DNA of 49,560 bases. Source: Candidatus Onthoplasma sp. Its GTDB lineage: Bacteria > Bacillota > Clostridia > Christensenellales > UBA1242. Location: assembly GCA_045614345.1 (NCBI GenBank), contig JAZLCR010000034.1, positions 1 through 49,560 on the forward strand, written 5' to 3'. Each line of letters starts with the position of its first letter. Position 1 is the stretch's first letter. The position numbers and the translations under genes were made by a program. Shown here piece after piece: positions 44,152 to 49,560 of this stretch. The notes beneath the pieces are model-generated. The model had not been told where the DNA came from, searched no databases, and saw only the letters and a list, made by a program, of their open reading frames with translations.

Positions 44152-47100
44152 TTACAAATTAGACTTTTTGAAAACGCAAACAATGGTTGTCATTCCGCTT
44201 CCACTATCTTTAACAGAATAAATTGTTCCAGAACCGGCAGAATCATTAACTCTTTCAAGTTTTGCGCCATATAGGTTTGCGGTGTTGATGCAGTTGATGA
44301 AGTTTGTTAGTTCTTCAGCATTAAAGTAATCAGTGCTCACTTTAAACTCAATCACTGTTTTTTCTGAACTATTGTTTTTAAGTTTGTAATTAGCATACAA
44401 GAAGTAGTTCAAGTAGAAACTTTGAGCAGGACCAAGGTCTGTTGCTTCTGCATATTTTTGGTATATTCCACTTGTGTCTAATTTTTTGCTATAATTGAAA
44501 TCTTTTGTTAATAATTCAGGATAGTTTGTAAATGTGTTTGATTCATGACAGTTGTCACAAATTTCTGGAAGTGTTTGAGAAATTTGTTGGTGTGAACAAC
44601 TATCACAGGTATAGGTGTAAAGTTCAAAGTCGTAAATTGAACTCCACATTTGATTTAAAGTTAGTCCAAAAGATGATTTTGAATAATAGTCATAAGTGGT
44701 CTCACATTTTCTTTCATCATGATATGAATCAGATATCAAATTGCTTTGTTCAATAACCCTATAGTTTGTGTATGTTGAACTGTCGTATGTTAAGAAATAA
44801 GTGTGAGAAGATATTCCATAACCTTTATTTAAATTTGAGAAATAAATTCTGTTATCGGAGAATGTTAAGTCAAGTGAATACCAATTCTTTTCGGCTGTTT
44901 GAGAATCGGATGCATCAATAAACACCTTATTCCAAGTGTGATCAACATGAATTTCTTGAGAGTTTTTCATATATGTGTAGTAACCGTTTATTACGCTAAC
45001 TTTAATACCTTCGATTGCACAAAGCAAAGCGAATGCTTTTGAATAAGATTTACTTGTTGCTCTATGATTGCCAACAACCAATTTGCCATTATTAAGTACA
45101 GATATATTTTTGAACATTCCTTCCAAATAATAGTGATCATAGATTCCGAATTCTTCATATCGACCTGATTCATAAGCTCCAGCCATGTAAGGTGTTCCAC
45201 CATCGTTATAATAAATCAAATCAAATTCTGATTCAATCCAATCGAATATTGCCGTAACCTTTTGAAGTTCTGTCATTTTGTTTGTAACAATTGCAGATAA
45301 AACTAATTTTGCGTTAGCATAAATTGTTTCTGCAGTTTTTGAATTTCCCACAAACACAGGTTTGTAGCCATCTTGAACAACTTGTAGCAATTGTTCACTT
45401 GTTGTAACCAATGCTCCTGGACGAGCATCAATATTAAATGTTCCTGTTGGGCTCTTTCTTGAGAAAGGATCAATATAGTTATAATCGTTGCCATAATTAA
45501 CAATGTTAGTCACAAACTTATTTGAATCGCATTCAATTTTTTCAACATTTAATGAATTTCTATAGTATAATTCAAATATTGATTCTGAACCAATATCTCT
45601 AAGTTCAAAGTCAGACAGAATATGGAATTCTGGATAAATACCCAATAATTTTTGACAAATATAAGAGAATAATGAACTATCAGATTCAAAGTCGCAAATA
45701 TATAGCCATGTTTCATCGGCCTTAAAGTTGTGCAACTTAAGAGTTGTTGCTTCTTCACTGAATCTAATTATTGCCTCATGAATTGTTTCAACATTTTCTT
45801 CTTCAGTTTGATTTTCTGTTTGTTCTTTGATTTGTGGTTCAATCATAACCCTTAATCCAAGGCTTGGATCAAGTTCATATAGATAGTGATACCATAATAA
45901 AGATTTTAAATCATTAACGTTTCTGACAACCAAATCGTAACTAGCACCAAACATTGAAATTTTATATCTCATAAAATCATGATCTTCAGTGTATCTATAG
46001 AATTTTTCAGCGGTGGTTGCAGAACTTGAAGTATATTCTTTTGCGGTTTCTCCAATTGGCTCAACCATAGAGTAGATATCAACCTTATAGTTTCCTTGAA
46101 CTGTTATATATTGATTGATATTTGTTGAAGTTGAATTAAGGACTTTTACTTCATGTGAGATTCCATTAGGATCAGTTATTTTAACCAAGAAGTAATCAGT
46201 GTTTTCGTCACCATCCCAACTTAGGATGTATGAATCTTTAGAAATATTATCAAATTGAATGTTTGAAGGTTTTTCTAAACTTGTTAATTTATGTAATGAT
46301 GCAAATTCAGAAGATTCATTTGCGTCGGCATAATAACTATTTTTTGGAGCAAGAGCGATAACATAGAAATAGTAACTTCCTTGTTGTTTAACATATTGAG
46401 AGATATTTGTTGATGGAGAAACTTCAAATGAATTTGAAAGGCCTAAAGAACTTAGATAATCAACATAATAATTATCATTCTCTTTAACAATTCTAACTCG
46501 ATAAGATTCAGCATTGTCAACTGGATCAAATGATAGTGTGTAAACACCTTCATTTTCTGACACTTTAATATTTTGAACTTGTTTTAATTGTTTTGTTAGA
46601 GTGTAAGTTGTTGTTGCATATGAACTTGGCTCAACATTTATAGATCCAGCAACAGGAAGTGCACGAATTTTAATTTCGTAATTGTTTGCAGAAACCATAT
46701 AGTTTGTTATATCAACTCTATAGAAATTTGAATTTGTTGCAGAGATGGTTATTTTGTTAAAGTTTATCAAAATTTCATAACTTCCTGCATCTCTAACTCC
46801 GTAGAATTGAAGGAAATATTGGTTGCTAGAACCAGAAATCTCTTTCATAACAGGATAAGTCGTGTCGTTTAATCTGTAGAACTCAGGAGTTTCAAGAACT
46901 TGCATGTGTGAAACAGAAATTTCATCTGAGAAGTCGCTGTCTGCATAGATTCCGTTATAATCGGCAATAGCTCTTACTTTAACAGAATAATCTGTGTATT
47001 CACCCTTGCTACAAATATAGTTGCTAAGATCTATTGTTGTTGACGTATATAATGTTGTTATTTGTTCAAAGCCATCAGAACTTGCACTCTTGATATAAAC

Positions 47101-48723
47101 ATAGTATCCTATTGCGTGATCAGAGCCTGTGAAAGTTAGTTCATAGAGATTTGCGCTTTTAAAACCTTGATTTGATGCAAATGTTGGAGCTGATAATTTG
47201 CTTACAAAACTTAAGTCCACAACTTGTGTTAAGGGTTTGTAACCACTTTTAATCACATGTAGTTTAATTGAGAAGTTTTTTGATTTCAATTCTTCTGTTG
47301 GAATGTTAAAGTTTGTTTCAGTTAAAATTTCATACTTATTTTTAAATTCAACAACATAATATGCATTTTCAATTTCATTCCAAGAAAGAGATGTTTCAAC
47401 TGTATCGACGTTTATTTCAAAATCAGCATCGATGGCATCTTCTTTTGTTGCAAAGTTGCTGAATGATGAACGAGTGTTATCACCCTTTTCAATTGCTTGA
47501 ATTGTGATAGCAACAAAGTCTTCAGAAATAATCATAGAAGTTGTTTCGGATGTTAAATGGTAACTAACCTCACCTGTTTCTTTGAACAAAATTAATTTAT
47601 AAGCACCAATTTTATCCTTGTTATCAAAATTCCAAGTTGCAATATGATAACTATCAAAAGGTTCTAACACCAATGTTGGAGAATTTAAATCGAATGAGTT
47701 TTCGAAGAAAACTGTTTCGCTGTAATCAGAGTTTATAAAGAATTCAGTTTCAGGGTTGTTTGTTGAATATCTTGATTGCAAGGCAAACGATATAAGTCTT
47801 TCATTACTAAAATCTACTTTTCCAGAAAAATACTGAGTTAAATTAATATCAAAATAATTGTTAACAAATTTTGTTAAAAATGGTTCAGAATAACCGATTG
47901 AAGAAATTAATTCAACTCCGTTACTTTTAATTGCAATTTCATTTGAGTTTGGATCAAGAGCGGCAACCATATGTAATTCACTATTAACTTTATAAACTTC
48001 TCCACAAACAGGTGCGCTTAAATGTTCATAATGTGTGTATAAAGTTTTGGAGGTGTAGGTGCTTTCAACATAAGAAGTTCCGTTTGATAAAACTGCACAA
48101 ACATAAAATTGATAAGTTCCAGCCTTTGATAACAATGAGCCGAAATCAAAACTGTTAGCATTGAAAGTATATTCAGTTAAATCGGCTTTTGAAATGCTTG
48201 CTGGATCATCTAACGAAATAATGTTTCCTGCCTTATCAAAAACAATTGTATCATTTGGGGTTAAAACTTTAACAAGATAATAACTGGCGCTTTCAACCAA
48301 ACTCCAAGTTAAAGTTGTTCCGTTGATTTTAACTTCACTTGGTGTTTTAATTGTTCCGCTGTGTTTGTATGATATTGGTGCAGAAAAGTCACTGTTTATA
48401 TGAGTGCTTGAATTTGCCCTAATTTTAATTGTGTAACTTTCACCTGTAACAAAAATTTTAGAAGCATCGTAATTTATAAAGTTGTCAATAATTTTCACAT
48501 TGGTGTTGAATGCTGTGTACACATTTAATTCTGTGTTGTTGATTGAAAGCGTGTAATATTCAGCATTTGGAATTTGATTGAAAACGATTGTCCCACCTTT
48601 AACCTGAGAAACTGTTGGAGATGAAAGAGTTTCAATGTTTGAGTTTTCACATCCAACAAAAATAAATGGAATAATTAAGCAAAATAATAAAACGAATATA
48701 TGTTTCTTAATTGAATTTTTCAT
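44152..48723 (-). CDS. 1523 aa lipoprotein: FN3-like repeats + transglutaminase-like domain (Cys->Ser)
   Basis: Lipobox FVGC; repeated 'L..P...W..V..A..Y...Y...V.A....S..S' units; ATSKSYSKAF..LC..EGI, HTWNKV and WY.LD.T. Confidence 0.85.
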   Translation of the reverse strand: MKNSIKKHIFVLLFCLIIPFIFVGCENSNIETLSSPTVSQVKGGTIVFNQIPNAEYYTLSINNTELNVYTAFNTNVKIIDNFINYDASKIFVTGESYTIKIRANSSTHINSDFSAPISYKHSGTIKTPSEVKINGTTLTWSLVESASYYLVKVLTPNDTIVFDKAGNIISLDDPASISKADLTEYTFNANSFDFGSLLSKAGTYQFYVCAVLSNGTSYVESTYTSKTLYTHYEHLSAPVCGEVYKVNSELHMVAALDPNSNEIAIKSNGVELISSIGYSEPFLTKFVNNYFDINLTQYFSGKVDFSNERLISFALQSRYSTNNPETEFFINSDYSETVFFENSFDLNSPTLVLEPFDSYHIATWNFDNKDKIGAYKLILFKETGEVSYHLTSETTSMIISEDFVAITIQAIEKGDNTRSSFSNFATKEDAIDADFEINVDTVETSLSWNEIENAYYVVEFKNKYEILTETNFNIPTEELKSKNFSIKLHVIKSGYKPLTQVVDLSFVSKLSAPTFASNQGFKSANLYELTFTGSDHAIGYYVYIKSASSDGFEQITTLYTSTTIDLSNYICSKGEYTDYSVKVRAIADYNGIYADSDFSDEISVSHMQVLETPEFYRLNDTTYPVMKEISGSSNQYFLQFYGVRDAGSYEILINFNKITISATNSNFYRVDITNYMVSANNYEIKIRALPVAGSINVEPSSYATTTYTLTKQLKQVQNIKVSENEGVYTLSFDPVDNAESYRVRIVKENDNYYVDYLSSLGLSNSFEVSPSTNISQYVKQQGSYYFYVIALAPKNSYYADANESSEFASLHKLTSLEKPSNIQFDNISKDSYILSWDGDENTDYFLVKITDPNGISHEVKVLNSTSTNINQYITVQGNYKVDIYSMVEPIGETAKEYTSSSATTAEKFYRYTEDHDFMRYKISMFGASYDLVVRNVNDLKSLLWYHYLYELDPSLGLRVMIEPQIKEQTENQTEEENVETIHEAIIRFSEEATTLKLHNFKADETWLYICDFESDSSLFSYICQKLLGIYPEFHILSDFELRDIGSESIFELYYRNSLNVEKIECDSNKFVTNIVNYGNDYNYIDPFSRKSPTGTFNIDARPGALVTTSEQLLQVVQDGYKPVFVGNSKTAETIYANAKLVLSAIVTNKMTELQKVTAIFDWIESEFDLIYYNDGGTPYMAGAYESGRYEEFGIYDHYYLEGMFKNISVLNNGKLVVGNHRATSKSYSKAFALLCAIEGIKVSVINGYYTYMKNSQEIHVDHTWNKVFIDASDSQTAEKNWYSLDLTFSDNRIYFSNLNKGYGISSHTYFLTYDSSTYTNYRVIEQSNLISDSYHDERKCETTYDYYSKSSFGLTLNQMWSSIYDFELYTYTCDSCSHQQISQTLPEICDNCHESNTFTNYPELLTKDFNYSKKLDTSGIYQKYAEATDLGPAQSFYLNYFLYANYKLKNNSSEKTVIEFKVSTDYFNAEELTNFINCINTANLYGAKLERVNDSAGSGTIYSVKDSGSGMTTIVCVFKKSNL

Positions 48724-48886
48724 ATAAACAAACCCCTAAAATATAATAATATTATACCCAAATAATTTATATAAATCAAATAAATTAAATAAAAAATAAC
48801 ATTTATGAAAATTAAATGATTAAATATTTTAGTGTTTTTATATTCATATAAATTTTGTCGTTGAATAAAATATTTTAGAGGTGAAT

Positions 48887-49560
48887 ATGTTTAGTTGCAA
48901 AGATTTTAATTCATTGAGTGTCTTATCTTTATATGAAGGTGAATTGTTAGGTGTTGTGGACAAACTTTATGTTGATAAAAAAATGAAAAAACTATGTGAA
49001 ATTGAACTTGTTGGGACCGATGGGGCAAAACTTTGTTTGCCAACAAAGAACATTTATCATGTTGGAAGAAATGCAATTACTGTAAAAAACAATCAAGCGG
49101 TTACAGTCAAAATGGAAAAGAATGATAATTTTATTGTGCCTATATCATCAAAGGCATATTCAATAAATGGTGAATTTTTAGGAGTAATTAAAGAAATGTC
49201 TTTTGATGAAAAATTTTCAACGCAGAAAATTTCGCTAGATAATAATGATGTTTTGGACATTAATAATGCTCTAACAATAGGCAAAAACGTTGTTGTGTTT
49301 TCCCTAGAAAACGAAAACATTAATTCAAAAAAATTTTCACCACCAAAACAACCTAAATCGTTTAAAACGGATTCTGTTCAGGTCGCAGAAATGCTTCCCA
49401 TTAAAACAGGTCATAAGGATGATGATTTGAGTAAACAAGAAATTAATTCAATACACAACTCAGATTTCTTAGTTGGCAGGATTTGCTTAAAAGATATTTT
49501 TAATTTTAACAATGAACTATTAATAAAAGCACACACTGTTATAAAGAAAAAAAATATTAA
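48887..49560 (+). CDS. PRC-barrel domain protein (truncated by window end)
   Basis: Hand-translated open frame MFSCKDFNSLSVLSLYEGELLGVVDKLYVD...IYHVGRNAITV and a second barrel AYSINGEFLGVIKEM; GAGGTG RBS. Confidence 0.75.
   Translation, partial: MFSCKDFNSLSVLSLYEGELLGVVDKLYVDKKMKKLCEIELVGTDGAKLCLPTKNIYHVGRNAITVKNNQAVTVKMEKNDNFIVPISSKAYSINGEFLGVIKEMSFDEKFSTQKISLDNNDVLDINNALTIGKNVVVFSLENENINSKKFSPPKQPKSFKTDSVQVAEMLPIKTGHKDDDLSKQEINSIHNSDFLVGRICLKDIFNFNNELLIKAHTVIKKKNI

Noticed and set aside
344-49320. Numerous 60-125 aa ORFs antisense or out of frame within long genes (e.g. 344..592, 4875..5177, 35172..35546, 39514..39834, 49093..49320)
   Set aside because: They are nested in well-supported CDSs, show no motifs and look like shadow ORFs.
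1-49560. CRISPR array, rRNA, IS element or recoded stop codons
   Set aside because: No regularly spaced repeats, rRNA-like tracts or transposase motifs seen; known genes translate to full length in the standard code.

Overview
AT-rich, origin-proximal core segment of a spore-forming Firmicute, most like a compact-genome Clostridia lineage (inferred from gene content only). It starts in the 3' end of dnaN, then carries three tRNAs (Ser-CGA, Leu-CAG, Ser-GGA) and the rpmH-rnpA-yidD-yidC-jag operon, co-oriented with dnaN and lacking its usual neighbours. It continues with a divergent lysS/gpsA pair, hisS, T-box-regulated pheST, a sporulation/germination set (sipL-like, spo0A, veg, amidase, spoIIR, sleB, ypeB, gerA-family operon, PRC-barrel protein), two very large surface proteins, a P-type ATPase and an orphan diadenylate-cyclase-like gene. 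I saw no CRISPR array, integrase or transposase. The most notable observations are: (1) a full-length LysRS lacking the class II motif-3 Arg and motif-2 His, overlapping a divergent G3P dehydrogenase gene; (2) two inverted copies of a ~97 bp element abutting tRNA ends; (3) a DAC-fold protein with altered catalytic motifs; (4) several apparently leaderless genes behind sporulation-sigma-like promoters; (5) further enzymes with substituted catalytic residues. All family calls come from motif recognition by eye; no searches were run.
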